Positions 41,400-51,540 of a DNA stretch of 64,000 bases are shown here, piece by piece. Positions within the stretch are counted from its first letter, which is position 1. The number at the start of each line of letters is the position of its first letter. The stretch lies in assembly GCA_963712745.1 (NCBI GenBank), contig CAVQJC010000005.1, forward strand, positions 288,001-352,000, given 5' to 3'. Origin of the DNA: an uncultured Chloroflexia bacterium (GTDB lineage: Bacteria > Chloroflexota > Limnocylindria > Limnocylindrales > CSP1-4). A program made the position numbers and the translations under genes. The notes beneath the pieces were generated by a model. That model had not been told where the DNA came from. It made no database searches and saw only the letters and a list, made by a program, of their open reading frames with translations.

Positions 41400-42053
41400 A
41401 TGACACACACGAAACAGACCACGCTGACCTCCCTTACCGCATCAGGCGTGGTCGCCGTGGTTCGGGCCGATGCACCCACCGGCCTGATCGCTCTGGCGGA
41501 CGCGCTGCGCGCCGGAGGCGTGGTCCACACCGAGATCACGATGACGGTCCCAGGTGCCCTGGACGCCATCGAAGCGACGGTCCGCGAACTTGGTGACGAC
41601 GTCTTCATCGGGGCCGGCACCGTCCTCGATCAGACGACGGCGCGACTCGCCATCAGCGCCGGTGCCTCGTTCATCGTCGCACCCACCCTCGATCTCGATG
41701 TAATCGCCATGGCCCACCGCTACGGCGTGATGGTGATCCCGGGCTGCCTTACGCCTACGGAGATCATGCAGGCGTGGTCGGCCGGAGCCGACGTCCTGAA
41801 GCTCTTTCCCGGCCGAGTGGCGACGCCTGGCTACTTCTCGGATCTCCGCGGTCCATTCCCCCAGGTTCGACTGATGCCGACCGGCAACGTGGACCTCCGA
41901 ACCACGCCCGAGTACATCGCTGCCGGCGCCGTAGCCGTCGGCGTCGGCAAAGCATTGGTCAATCCGTCAGCATTCCGCGACGAGCAGTGGGCGGTCATCA
42001 CCGAAAACGCTCGTCACTTCCGGGCGATCGTCGACGAGGCTCGGGAGGCGTGA
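41400..42053 (+). CDS. eda: KDPG/KHG aldolase
   Basis: VVAVVR, EITMT, IGAGTVLD, PGCLTPTEI, KLFP, PTGNV. Confidence 0.9.
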   Translation: MTHTKQTTLTSLTASGVVAVVRADAPTGLIALADALRAGGVVHTEITMTVPGALDAIEATVRELGDDVFIGAGTVLDQTTARLAISAGASFIVAPTLDLDVIAMAHRYGVMVIPGCLTPTEIMQAWSAGADVLKLFPGRVATPGYFSDLRGPFPQVRLMPTGNVDLRTTPEYIAAGAVAVGVGKALVNPSAFRDEQWAVITENARHFRAIVDEAREA

Positions 42054-42057
42054 CGAT

Positions 42058-43095
42058 ATGAGTGCCCGCGTGCACCGCGTCATCGCATTCGGAGAGTTGA
42101 TGATGCGGCTCGATCCTCCCCACCACGAGCGCATCGTGCAAGCGAGCGAGTTCGAGGTCCGATACACCGGTGGCGAAGCCAACGCGGCCGCACTCCTGGC
42201 CGCATTGGGCGTGGACTCCGCCTGTGTCTCCAAGGTCCCGGACAACGAGGTCGGCCAGGCGTGCGTCGACTACCTGCGGCGCTTCGGGATCGACACAACG
42301 TACATCGCCCGAGGAGGAGAACGACTCGGCCTGCTCTATGTCGAGACGGGTGCCGCTCAGCGCGCCTCGAAGGTCGTGTATGACCGCGATCACACTTCAT
42401 TGCGCGGCGCCTCGGCCGATGACTTCGACTGGGACGCCATCCTTCACGGCGCTGACTGGCTCCATTTCTCGGGTACGGCACCAGCGTCGGGGGGGGCCGT
42501 CACGGACTTGCTCGAGGCTGGTCTCTCCCAGGCCAAGGACCGTGGCGTCCGTGTCAGCTGCGACCTCAACTACCGAAGCAAGCTGTGGAGCCCGGCCCAG
42601 GCCCGGGAGGCGATGACGCGCCTGATGCCCTACGTGGACGTCCTGATCGGCAATGAAGAGGACGCGACGATCGTCTTCGGGATCTACGCGGAGGGAAGTG
42701 ACGTGGCCGGCGGCGACCTCAAGGTCGAGTCATATCGCACGGTCGCCGAGCAGCTGATGCAGGCGTGGGACCTTGACGCGGTCGCGACGACGCTGCGCAC
42801 CAGCCTCTCCGCCTCGATCAACGATTGGGCAGGACTCCTCTTCGACGGAACGGAGCACCACCTGAGCCGCACGTACCGCATCGATCCCATCGTCGATCGA
42901 GTCGGCGGCGGTGATGCATTCTCTGGTGGGCTCATCTTCGGCATGCTCGAGGGCATGGACTCCCAGGCATGCGTCGAGTTCGCGGTGGCGGCATCGTGCC
43001 TGAAGCACTCGATCCCCGGTGATCTCGCCCTGCTCTCACGCGCTGAGATCGATGCACTCGTCGCCGGGGACGCTTCGGGACGGGTTCAACGTTGA
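42058..43095 (+). CDS. kdgK: 2-keto-3-deoxygluconate kinase (PfkB)
   Basis: FGELMMRL, GGEANAA, DLNYRSKLW, IGNEED, DRVGGGDAFSGG. Confidence 0.9.
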   Translation: MSARVHRVIAFGELMMRLDPPHHERIVQASEFEVRYTGGEANAAALLAALGVDSACVSKVPDNEVGQACVDYLRRFGIDTTYIARGGERLGLLYVETGAAQRASKVVYDRDHTSLRGASADDFDWDAILHGADWLHFSGTAPASGGAVTDLLEAGLSQAKDRGVRVSCDLNYRSKLWSPAQAREAMTRLMPYVDVLIGNEEDATIVFGIYAEGSDVAGGDLKVESYRTVAEQLMQAWDLDAVATTLRTSLSASINDWAGLLFDGTEHHLSRTYRIDPIVDRVGGGDAFSGGLIFGMLEGMDSQACVEFAVAASCLKHSIPGDLALLSRAEIDALVAGDASGRVQR

Positions 43096-43156
43096 CGACG
43101 GCCTGTTCCACCACTCGATGGCAGGGCACGACCGCATGGCGGCCTTGTCATGCACC

Positions 43157-43171
43157 TGTAACGCTGTTACC
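43157..43171. promoter_or_regulatory. Operator 2
   Basis: TGTAACGCTGTTACC palindrome in the intergenic gap. Confidence 0.7.
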
Positions 43172-43209
43172 GTTGGAGTTGGCTGGGAAGGGATCGCGCG
43201 GGAGCTGAC

Positions 43210-44163
43210 ATGGCTACACTCCTTGGTCACACGCTCGGGACGCCTGGCCTGACGCCGCTCGCCGCCCTGGACCTGTTCGCCGGATCCGGACTCGACGGCG
43301 CCGAGCTGATCTGGCAAGACGGGTACCTCGGCGGCATCCCGGAGAGCGACGATGGGCGGATGGTGGCGCAGGTCAAAGAGCGCGCCGGCGAACTTGGCTT
43401 GCGCATCGGCTGCCTGACACCGTACGTGACCCAACTGAACAGCCTTGACGAGACGATTCGCCAGCAGGAGATCGATCGCCTCGAGCGAGCCATCCTGACG
43501 GCCGAAGCGCTCGGGGCTCCGCGGATCCGCGTATACGGCGGAACGCTACTCGGCAACGAACCCGAGGCAGATGTCCCCCGCCTCTGGGGCCGGCTCGTGG
43601 TCTCGCTGCGCCGGTTGGGACCCATCGCCCTGGACCGTGGGGTCGTGCTCTGCATCGAGAACCACTTCGGCACGATGACGGTGTCAGCCGCGGACACGCT
43701 CGCTCTGGTCGAGGAGGTCGACTCGCCGGGCGTGGGCATCCTGTACGACCAAGCCAACCTCGCGTTCACACATCGAGAGCCCTACGACGAAGCCATCCGC
43801 CTGCAGGCTCCCTGGATACGGCACGTCCACGTCAAGGATCTCGAGTTCATCCACCCCGACAGGACCCTCAAGACGAACCAGGTCGCCAGCATCGACAAGT
43901 CGGAGCGGATACACGCCTCACGCATGATCGGTGACGGCATCCTCGACTGGAAAGCCATCGTCGAAGCCTTGCGCGCGGTCGGCTACGACGGCTCCTACTC
44001 GCTCGAATACGAGTACCGCTGGAACCCGGAGGACCTGCCAGCGCCGGAAGTCGGCTTCCCCGAAAGCGCCCGCCGCCTGCGGGCATGCTTCGAGGAGGCA
44101 CCATCGGGGGCAACCGATGGAGTCAGCCCGGGGCCTGCGGTGCGCGCTTCACGGCCGAGGTAG
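43210..44163 (+). CDS. Sugar phosphate isomerase/epimerase (AP endonuclease 2 TIM barrel)
   Basis: IENH, LYDQAN, HVHVKD, GYDGSYSLEYE. Confidence 0.86.
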   Translation: MATLLGHTLGTPGLTPLAALDLFAGSGLDGAELIWQDGYLGGIPESDDGRMVAQVKERAGELGLRIGCLTPYVTQLNSLDETIRQQEIDRLERAILTAEALGAPRIRVYGGTLLGNEPEADVPRLWGRLVVSLRRLGPIALDRGVVLCIENHFGTMTVSAADTLALVEEVDSPGVGILYDQANLAFTHREPYDEAIRLQAPWIRHVHVKDLEFIHPDRTLKTNQVASIDKSERIHASRMIGDGILDWKAIVEALRAVGYDGSYSLEYEYRWNPEDLPAPEVGFPESARRLRACFEEAPSGATDGVSPGPAVRASRPR

Positions 44164-44169
44164 CCCGAG

Positions 44170-45057
44170 GTGGCGACGAACTTCACGCACGATACCCAAC
44201 CAGACTCGATGGTGGCGGATGCCGATGCGCCAATCCCGGATGGGCGGGTCGGAAGCACAAGCATCGGCCGCACGATGAGAACACTGGAGCTCCTCGCGGG
44301 CGAACCTCGCGGCCTCCGTGTCACGGACCTCGCAAACGCGCTCGAGGTGAACCGGGCCATCCCCCATCGCATCCTGTCGGATCTCACGGAGCTCGGCTAC
44401 GTCATCCAGGACCCTCGCACCGAACGGTATAGAGTGACGTTCAAGGTGGGCAGTCTAGGCCTCCGTCAGCTCGAGACCGCCGGCATCATCCGCTGGGCCC
44501 AGGATGAACTCGACAAGCTTGCCGCGAAGACACGCGAGCTTGTCCGTCTCGCCGTCGTTTCGGAGAACACCCTGAGGTGGGTGGCGAAAGCACAAGGTTC
44601 CGCATCCGCCCTGACACTCGATGGAGTCTCCGGGGCAGAGGTAGTGCTGCACGCCACCGCGAGCGGGAAGGCCTGGCTCTCGACATTGCCGCACGATGAG
44701 GCAGCGGCGTACCTGACCGAGCGTGGATTGGCCGCCCAGACCGTGCGGACGGAGACGGACCTCTCGCAGGTGCTGCACGATGTCGCGCTTGCACGGACGC
44801 GCGGATACGCCTTCGTGGAAGAGGAGATGGAAGTCGGCGTGTGCGCCATCGCCGTTCCGATCGTGCCTCCTGAGAGTGCGGATGGCCGATCCGTCGCGAC
44901 CGTCAGCATCGCGGGTCCGGTCGCTCGCTTGAGCCATGACCGGCTCGTCGGCTTCGCCCCTGCCCTGATCGCCGTAGCCCGGCAGCTCGGTGCACAGTGG
45001 CATACCTACGAGTACATGGCCGCACTATCCGAACCCATCACCTTGATGCAGCGGTGA
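44170..45057 (+). CDS. IclR family transcriptional regulator
   Basis: N-terminal HTH, HATASGKAWL, RTRGYA..EE...GVCAIAVPI. Confidence 0.9.
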   Translation: MATNFTHDTQPDSMVADADAPIPDGRVGSTSIGRTMRTLELLAGEPRGLRVTDLANALEVNRAIPHRILSDLTELGYVIQDPRTERYRVTFKVGSLGLRQLETAGIIRWAQDELDKLAAKTRELVRLAVVSENTLRWVAKAQGSASALTLDGVSGAEVVLHATASGKAWLSTLPHDEAAAYLTERGLAAQTVRTETDLSQVLHDVALARTRGYAFVEEEMEVGVCAIAVPIVPPESADGRSVATVSIAGPVARLSHDRLVGFAPALIAVARQLGAQWHTYEYMAALSEPITLMQR

Positions 45058-45062
45058 GCTCG

Positions 45063-45869
45063 ATGATCGATTGGGAGGAACGCCCAAGCGGCATCGGTAT
45101 CATCACGCTGTCGCGCCCACCGGTCAACGCGTTCGACGCGGTATCAAAGCAGGCGTTATGCGGCTTGGTGCACGAGCTCGGGGGGCGCACAGACATCCGA
45201 AGCGTCGTCATCCGTAGCGGCCTGGCGCGGACCTTCTGTGCTGGCTCGGATCTCCGGGAGCTGGCGAGCGAGCACGACCAGATCGGCGTGGCCCTCGAAC
45301 GGACGCGGTTCGAGTTCGATATGTGGCAGCGGCTCTCGAGCCTGCCGCAACCGACCATCGCCGCGATCGACGGACATGCTCTCGGGAGCGGACTGGAACT
45401 GGCGGTAGCATGCGATTTCCGCATCGCGGGCGCTGGGGCGACCCTCGGTCTGCCCGAGATCCGCATCGGTGGCGCACCCGGCATCCAGGTGCTGGCCCGC
45501 CTCCCGGTGCTCGTCGGGCTCAGCGTCGCCACCCGGATGCTCCTGACGGGTGACACCTTGACCGCAGATGAGGCTGCGGCGGCTGGCCTTGTCCACGAGG
45601 TCGCTCCAGCGGGGGCCGCGTTCGAGGTCGCCGAACGTCTCGCGCTGCGGCTCGCGGGGCAGCCTCGGAGTTCCGTGCGGTTCCTCAAGGCGTCGCTCTC
45701 CGCGGCCCTCGACGCCTCGATCGAGCGGGTCGGTGTCGTGGCCGACGATGGCGTCGAGAAGCTGTTCCAGGCGCCCGAGATGCGCGAGGGGATCGCGGCG
45801 TTCCTCGAGAAGCGACAACCTGATTTCACCCCGAAGGCCACGGACCGCGTGACGACGGAGGCGTCGTGA
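45063..45869 (+). CDS. Enoyl-CoA hydratase/isomerase family protein
   Basis: RPPVNA, FCAGSDL, GSGLELAVACD, GLPEIRIG, AFLEKRQP. Confidence 0.9.
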   Translation: MIDWEERPSGIGIITLSRPPVNAFDAVSKQALCGLVHELGGRTDIRSVVIRSGLARTFCAGSDLRELASEHDQIGVALERTRFEFDMWQRLSSLPQPTIAAIDGHALGSGLELAVACDFRIAGAGATLGLPEIRIGGAPGIQVLARLPVLVGLSVATRMLLTGDTLTADEAAAAGLVHEVAPAGAAFEVAERLALRLAGQPRSSVRFLKASLSAALDASIERVGVVADDGVEKLFQAPEMREGIAAFLEKRQPDFTPKATDRVTTEAS

Positions 45870-47437
45870 GCAGGTCAAAGGTCGTGGATGTCACCGAAGC
45901 CGTCGCGCACATCGAAGCCGGCCAGACCGTGGCCGTAGGCGGCAGCGGCCACCTCCTCCAGGTGCCGGATGGCGTCCTCGCTGGCCTAGAGGCTCGCTAC
46001 GAGCAGACGGGCTCGCCCTCGGGACTGACTGTCGTGCATACCATGGGCATCGGCGACAACGCCATCCGCGGCATGGGGCGACTGGCGCATCCCGGTCTCG
46101 TACGTCGGTTCATCGGCTCGCATTACGGCCACAACCCAGAGATCATGCGCATGATCGCCAACGATGAGGTCGAGACACTTGGCATCCCTGGTGGGACGCT
46201 GTCGCTCCTGTACCGCGAGATCGCCGGGCACCGACCAGGCCTGATCACCAAGGTCGGCCTGGGAACCTTCGTCGACCCTCGGGTCGATGGTGGCCGGCTG
46301 AACGCCCGAACCAGCGGCTCGATCGCGGAGGTCATCGAGCTGGCCGGCCAGGAGTGGCTGTTCTACCAGGCATTCCCGATCCACGCCGGGCTCATCCGCG
46401 CGACCACGGCTGATAGCAGCGGGAACCTGACCATGGAGGATGAGGCAGGCCTCGCCGACAACCTTGCGCTGGCGTCGGCAGTGCACAACTCGGGCGGGCT
46501 CGTGATCGCCGAGGTCAAGCGGCTGGCGGAGGCTGGCTCGCTGCCGCCCAAGTCAGTCAGGGTCCCGGGGATCCTCGTCGACGCCATCGTCGTCGATCCC
46601 GACCAGCACCAGACGGGAGCCACCGTCTACAGCCCCTACCTCGCAGGTACGCTCCGAGCACCCGGCGCGACGATCCCGCGACTCGACCTGGGCCCACGCA
46701 AGCTCATCGCACGGCGCGCGGCCGACGAGTTGACGCCGGGCGACGTCGTCAACCTCGGCTACGGCGTCTCGAGTGGCGTCGCCTCCGTGCTCGCCGAGGA
46801 GGGCTGCTACGACCGGATCTCGTTCAGCATCGAGCAGGGGATCGTCGGGGGTGTCCCCGGCGTCGGGCTCGACTCCGGTACCGCCGTGAACGCGGAGGCA
46901 TACATCGACGAAGGCGCGCAGTTCGATCTGTACGACGGAGGCGCGCTCGACGTCTCCTGTGTCGCCTTCGGCGAGGTGGACGCCATGGGCAACGTCAACG
47001 TCAGCAAGCTGGCTGGGCGGGCAGTCGGCCCCGGGGGCTTCATCAATATCACGCAGAACGCCAAGAAGGTCGTGTTCTGCGGAACGTTCACCGGTGGAGG
47101 CCTGGAAGTCGCCATCCACGGCGATCGGGTGGAGATCCTCAAGGAAGGCCGCTACGCCAAGTTCGTCGAGCGGGTCGAGCACATCACATTCTCAGCCACG
47201 CAAGGTCGCTGGCCGGGCGGCGAGATCGCCTACGTCACCGAACGCGCCGTCTTTCGCCTCGTCGACGGCAGCCTCCAGCTGACCGAACTCGCTCCTGGCA
47301 TCGAACTGGAGCGCGATGTCCTTGCGCAGATGGACTTCCGTCCGGACGTCGCGAGCACTCTCAAGACCATGGATTTGCGGCTCTTGCGCGCCGGCGCGAT
47401 GGGGAGTATCGCCGGTTTCGCTGGCGCAGCGGCATGA
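45866..47437 (+). CDS. Family I acyl-CoA:acetate/propionate CoA transferase (YdiF/Pct-like)
   Basis: TKVGLGTFVDPR, VNLGYG, IEQG, GPGGFINITQ, YVTERAVF. Confidence 0.9.
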   Translation: MSRSKVVDVTEAVAHIEAGQTVAVGGSGHLLQVPDGVLAGLEARYEQTGSPSGLTVVHTMGIGDNAIRGMGRLAHPGLVRRFIGSHYGHNPEIMRMIANDEVETLGIPGGTLSLLYREIAGHRPGLITKVGLGTFVDPRVDGGRLNARTSGSIAEVIELAGQEWLFYQAFPIHAGLIRATTADSSGNLTMEDEAGLADNLALASAVHNSGGLVIAEVKRLAEAGSLPPKSVRVPGILVDAIVVDPDQHQTGATVYSPYLAGTLRAPGATIPRLDLGPRKLIARRAADELTPGDVVNLGYGVSSGVASVLAEEGCYDRISFSIEQGIVGGVPGVGLDSGTAVNAEAYIDEGAQFDLYDGGALDVSCVAFGEVDAMGNVNVSKLAGRAVGPGGFINITQNAKKVVFCGTFTGGGLEVAIHGDRVEILKEGRYAKFVERVEHITFSATQGRWPGGEIAYVTERAVFRLVDGSLQLTELAPGIELERDVLAQMDFRPDVASTLKTMDLRLLRAGAMGSIAGFAGAAA

Positions 47438-47449
47438 GAGGCCGACGTC

Positions 47450-48265
47450 GTGGCTAGCGCCACGTCACAGGTACTTCCGGATCGGCGTCGCCTCGCTGGC
47501 AGGGTCGCGGTCGTGACCGGCGCTGCTGGTGGCATCGGGCGAGCCATCGTCGTGAAATTGGCGGCGGAGGGCGCATCGGTCATCGCGACGGCCAGGAGTC
47601 TTGAGTCGGTCGAGGACACCATCGCCGAAGCAACACGAGCTGGCGGCGCGGTGCGGCCCCTGGTCGTCGACATCACTGATCCGGACGGTCCCTCTGCGAT
47701 CGAGCCGGCGACCCAGCGGGAGTTCGGCTCCGCCCCCGACATCCTGGTGTGCTGTGCCGGTGCACAGACGTTCGCGGACATCTTCGACCTCGATGTGGAT
47801 GCATGGGACCACGTCTTCGATGTCAATGCCCGCGGGACCTTTCTCACCATCCGACCGGTCGCCGACGCGATGCGCCGCGCGGGTCGTGGCTCGATCGTGA
47901 CCGTGGCTTCTCTGCAGGGCCGTCTCGGGAACCGCTGGTTCGCCCACTATTCGGCCTCGAAAGCCGCGGTCCTCAGTCTCACCAAGTCGTTCGCGGTCGC
48001 ATTGGCACCGTACCGAGTCCGGGTCAACGCCGTCGCGCCCGGGATCATCGATGCAGGGCTCGCCTACAAGGCGAACGAGGAGCTGGCCCAGCTGCAGGGA
48101 CTCTCGCCGGGCGAGCCGATGCGGCGACGAGTCGCAGACGTGCCCCTGGGCCGGGCGGGAACGCCGGAAGACGTCGCCAATGCGGTCCTCTTCCTAGCCT
48201 CGGACGAGGCCGACTACATCACCGGTGAGTGCATCCACGTCTGCGGCGGGGACCTGATGCTGTAG
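47450..48265 (+). CDS. SDR oxidoreductase
   Basis: TGAAGGIG, YSASKAA, VNAVAPG. Confidence 0.88.
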   Translation: MASATSQVLPDRRRLAGRVAVVTGAAGGIGRAIVVKLAAEGASVIATARSLESVEDTIAEATRAGGAVRPLVVDITDPDGPSAIEPATQREFGSAPDILVCCAGAQTFADIFDLDVDAWDHVFDVNARGTFLTIRPVADAMRRAGRGSIVTVASLQGRLGNRWFAHYSASKAAVLSLTKSFAVALAPYRVRVNAVAPGIIDAGLAYKANEELAQLQGLSPGEPMRRRVADVPLGRAGTPEDVANAVLFLASDEADYITGECIHVCGGDLML

Positions 48266-48320
48266 TCGCTCCGGTCCAAGCCGCGTAGCCGATCGAGACA
48301 GACGAGATTCGTGGGGAGGT

Positions 48321-48827
48321 ATGAAGAAGATGGATCCGGGCGTCCTGCGGTACGAGGACCTGCATGTCGGTCTGGGGTTCGAAAGCCCAACGCGGACCGT
48401 CACCGAGACGGACGTGGTCATGTTCGCCGCCATGACGGGCGACTACTCCGAGCTGCACACGAGCGAGGCGTTCGCCCGGAAGACCCAGTACGGCCGCCGT
48501 GTCGCGCACGGGCTCCTGGGGTTGGCAATCACGCATGGACTGATGTGGCCACGCACCAATGCCCTGCGGGATATCGCCATCGCGTTCCTGGGGATCTCGG
48601 ACTGGCGCTTTCGCGGGCCGATCTTCCTCGGCGACACGGTCCACGTCGTCTATCGGATCGTCGAGATGCGCGACAGCCGCACGTACCCGGATCAGGCCAT
48701 CGTGACGTTCGAGGTGGAGCTCCGGAACGAGGGTGGCGAAGTACTGCAGCAGGGACGGAAAGTGCTCCTTGTCTCGAAGGTCCCGCTCGCGGCGGCGGCG
48801 AGTCACGGTGCGAGCGAGACGGCCTGA
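48321..48827 (+). CDS. MaoC-like (R)-specific acyl-CoA dehydratase
   Basis: RTVTETDV..FA..TGD...H, RVAHGLL, F..PIFLGDT. Confidence 0.88.
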   Translation: MKKMDPGVLRYEDLHVGLGFESPTRTVTETDVVMFAAMTGDYSELHTSEAFARKTQYGRRVAHGLLGLAITHGLMWPRTNALRDIAIAFLGISDWRFRGPIFLGDTVHVVYRIVEMRDSRTYPDQAIVTFEVELRNEGGEVLQQGRKVLLVSKVPLAAAASHGASETA

Positions 48828-48828
48828 C

Positions 48829-50112
48829 ATGACCCTGCCCTACGAAGGCATCACCGTCCTCGACTTCACGCAGCTTGAGCAGGGACCGTCGGGCACGCTC
48901 ATGCTCGCCGACTTCGGGGCCGAGGTTATCAAGGTCGAGCAGATCGACAGCGGCGAGGTGGGGCGCGGGCAGGTGCCGTCGTATCGCGGCATGAGTTGCC
49001 ACTGGGCGGCCAACAACCGCAACAAACTCAGCCTGAGTGTCGACATCAAGCACCCCCAGGGCAAGGAGATCATCCTGCGGTTGGCTCGCGGCGCTGACAT
49101 CGTGGCGAGCAACTTCCGACCAGGCGTGATGGAGCGTCTGGGGTTCGGTTACGAGGCGCTCTCGAAGATCAACCCCCGCATCATCTGTGCGTACGCCTCG
49201 GGATACGGTCAAGCGGGTCCGTACCGCGATCTGCGCGGCCAGGATCTTGCGGCCCAGGCGATCGGCGGGATCATGGACCTGACCGGCGATGCCGACGGTC
49301 CGCCAACACCGATCGGGACCTTTGCCGTCGACTACCTCGCAGCCATGCAGTTCGCAATCGGCATGATGGCCGCCCTGGCGGCGCGCGAGCGAACCGGTGT
49401 CGGCCAGGTCGTGGACAGCTGTCTCCTCAATGCATCCCTGACGCTGCATCACCAGGAAGCCACCGCATTCCTCAACACGGGTCGGCTCTATCCACGAGCG
49501 CCGTACGGCATCGCCCACGCGCACAACACGCCGCTGTACGCGCGCTACCGGTGCGCCGACGATCGCTGGCTGGTCCTGATCGCCGAGTTCTACATCACCG
49601 AGCCCTGGCAGCGCATCTCTCGTGCGCTCTCGCTGGGGCCCAAGGAAGCCGATGACCCACGGTTCGCGACGGTCGACGGCATCGAAGCCAATGCCGAGGC
49701 AGCCCACGGTGTCCTCAGCGAGGCCTTCGGTCGCGTGGGACGAGCAGAGGCCCTGAGTCGATTGACGGCTGAGGACGTGCTCTGTGCGCCGGTCAACTCG
49801 TACCCGGAGGTCGTCGAGGACCCACAACTGCTCTTCAACGACATGGTGATCGAAGCCGAGCGGCCCGAGACAGGCCCCTTCCGGCTGGTGGGCATGCCCA
49901 TCAAGCTGTCGGCCACCCCGGCTCGCTTGCGGCACGCGCCACCGACGGTCGGCGAGCACAACGCGGACATCCTGGCCGCACACGGCTACAGCGCCGAGCA
50001 GATCGCACGACTGCGCGAAGCGGGCGCCATCGGCAGCGAAGTGGACCGTCAACGCGAAGAGGGCATCGTGGCGTGGGGTTCGGATCCGGACCTCAGGGCG
50101 ACCCGGGCATGA
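48829..50112 (+). CDS. Family III CoA transferase (CaiB/BaiF)
   Basis: VLDFTQ..QGP, LADFGAEVIKVE, NRNKLS, NFRPGVMERLG, PTVGEHN. Confidence 0.92.
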   Translation: MTLPYEGITVLDFTQLEQGPSGTLMLADFGAEVIKVEQIDSGEVGRGQVPSYRGMSCHWAANNRNKLSLSVDIKHPQGKEIILRLARGADIVASNFRPGVMERLGFGYEALSKINPRIICAYASGYGQAGPYRDLRGQDLAAQAIGGIMDLTGDADGPPTPIGTFAVDYLAAMQFAIGMMAALAARERTGVGQVVDSCLLNASLTLHHQEATAFLNTGRLYPRAPYGIAHAHNTPLYARYRCADDRWLVLIAEFYITEPWQRISRALSLGPKEADDPRFATVDGIEANAEAAHGVLSEAFGRVGRAEALSRLTAEDVLCAPVNSYPEVVEDPQLLFNDMVIEAERPETGPFRLVGMPIKLSATPARLRHAPPTVGEHNADILAAHGYSAEQIARLREAGAIGSEVDRQREEGIVAWGSDPDLRATRA

Positions 50113-51383
50113 CGGCACCCGCAGGGCGGAACGTTCGCCCCACGAAAGAGCCAGCCCAAGATGTCACGGACAGCTACCCGCCGATGTTTCCTGGTGGCAA
50201 CCGCATCGGACCGGAAGAGGAAGAGGCCGTTCTGCGAGTCGTTCGCTCCAAGCGCCTCTTCCGATACTACGGGACCGTCGATGGGCCCTCGGAAGTCGAG
50301 GCCTTCGAGCTCGCCCTCGCTGAGCTCCTGTCGAGCCATCACGCGCTCGCGGTCGGCTCCGGGACACTGGCCCTGATGACGGCCCTCGCGGCGGCAGGGA
50401 TCGGGCATGGTGACCACGTCATCGTGCCTGCGTACACATGGGTGTCCACAGCAGCCGCGGCGCTCGCGATCGGTGCTATCCCGGTCATCGCCGAGGTAGA
50501 CGAGACTCTGACCCTCGACGTCGAGGATGCGGAGCGTCGCATCACCGCTCGGACGAAGGCGATCGTCCCGGTGCACATGCGAGGAGCGCCAGCAGACATG
50601 GAAGGTGTCCGCCATGTCGCGGACCGGCACGGTCTCGTCGTGGTCGAGGACGCCGCGCAGGCAATCGGCGGTTCCTACAGGGGAAGACGCCTGGGCACGA
50701 TCGGCGATCTCGGCTGCTTCAGCCTGCAGTACAACAAGATCATCACCAGCGGTGAGGGTGGCGTGGTCGTGACTGATGATCCGCTACTTCATGATCGGGC
50801 GTTGATGTACCACGACGTGGCCGCCACTCAGCGCAAGCCCATGGGTGACTCACCCGAGTTCTTCGGTGTCGTATGCCGGATGTCCGAGCTTCAGGGCGCG
50901 GTCGCCGCAGTCCAGTTGCGACGGATGGACGGCATCATCGCGGACTGCCGAGCCAACCGCGCACGGATCGTCGACGCGGTCGGCGATACCGCGCGCAATC
51001 ACGGCTTCCGGCTGCGTGCATGTCACGATGATGAGGGCGATACGGGCATTGCCCTCATCCTCCTGGGCCTCGACCCTAGTCGGGCCAGCGCGGTCGCGAC
51101 CGCGCTCCGATCGTCGGGGGTCCCAGCGCGAGTCCTGCTCGACCCAAACCGGCGCGACCTCCACGTTGCGAGCCACTGGACCCCGATCCTGAAGAAGCGC
51201 GACTGGGCGGGAGCGATGGCGCGCGCCGACGACGACTGGGACGTCAAGTACTCACCTGACTGTTGGGCGAGGACCACCCACTTGCTCAGCCGATCAATTC
51301 ACATCGACGTGAGTCCTGACTTGACGGATGCCCATATCGAGAGCATGGGCCAGTCCATCAACCACGCGTTGACGCGCCACTGA
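50109..51383 (+). CDS. DegT/DnrJ/EryC1/StrS family PLP aminotransferase
   Basis: SGTLAL, VHMRG, EDAAQA, FSLQYNKIITSGEGG. Confidence 0.9.
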   Translation: MTAPAGRNVRPTKEPAQDVTDSYPPMFPGGNRIGPEEEEAVLRVVRSKRLFRYYGTVDGPSEVEAFELALAELLSSHHALAVGSGTLALMTALAAAGIGHGDHVIVPAYTWVSTAAAALAIGAIPVIAEVDETLTLDVEDAERRITARTKAIVPVHMRGAPADMEGVRHVADRHGLVVVEDAAQAIGGSYRGRRLGTIGDLGCFSLQYNKIITSGEGGVVVTDDPLLHDRALMYHDVAATQRKPMGDSPEFFGVVCRMSELQGAVAAVQLRRMDGIIADCRANRARIVDAVGDTARNHGFRLRACHDDEGDTGIALILLGLDPSRASAVATALRSSGVPARVLLDPNRRDLHVASHWTPILKKRDWAGAMARADDDWDVKYSPDCWARTTHLLSRSIHIDVSPDLTDAHIESMGQSINHALTRH

Positions 51384-51399
51384 GGGATGGCCAAGCACC

Positions 51400-51449
51400 T
51401 TGACAGTCCAGTCGAGCGTGGCATAGTAGCAAGGTGTAACGCTGTTACA
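51400..51449 (+). promoter_or_regulatory. Sigma70-type promoter plus operator 3
   Basis: TTGACA-16-CATAGT followed by TGTAACGCTGTTACA at 51435-51449. Confidence 0.7.
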
Positions 51450-51540
51450 CTCATCTGGCGACAGAGGAAGCCATGCGGAGTGAGGCCGAAAGGACCCGCT
51501 CTGGGGGATTCGGACTCGCGCACATGACGAGGGCATCGGA

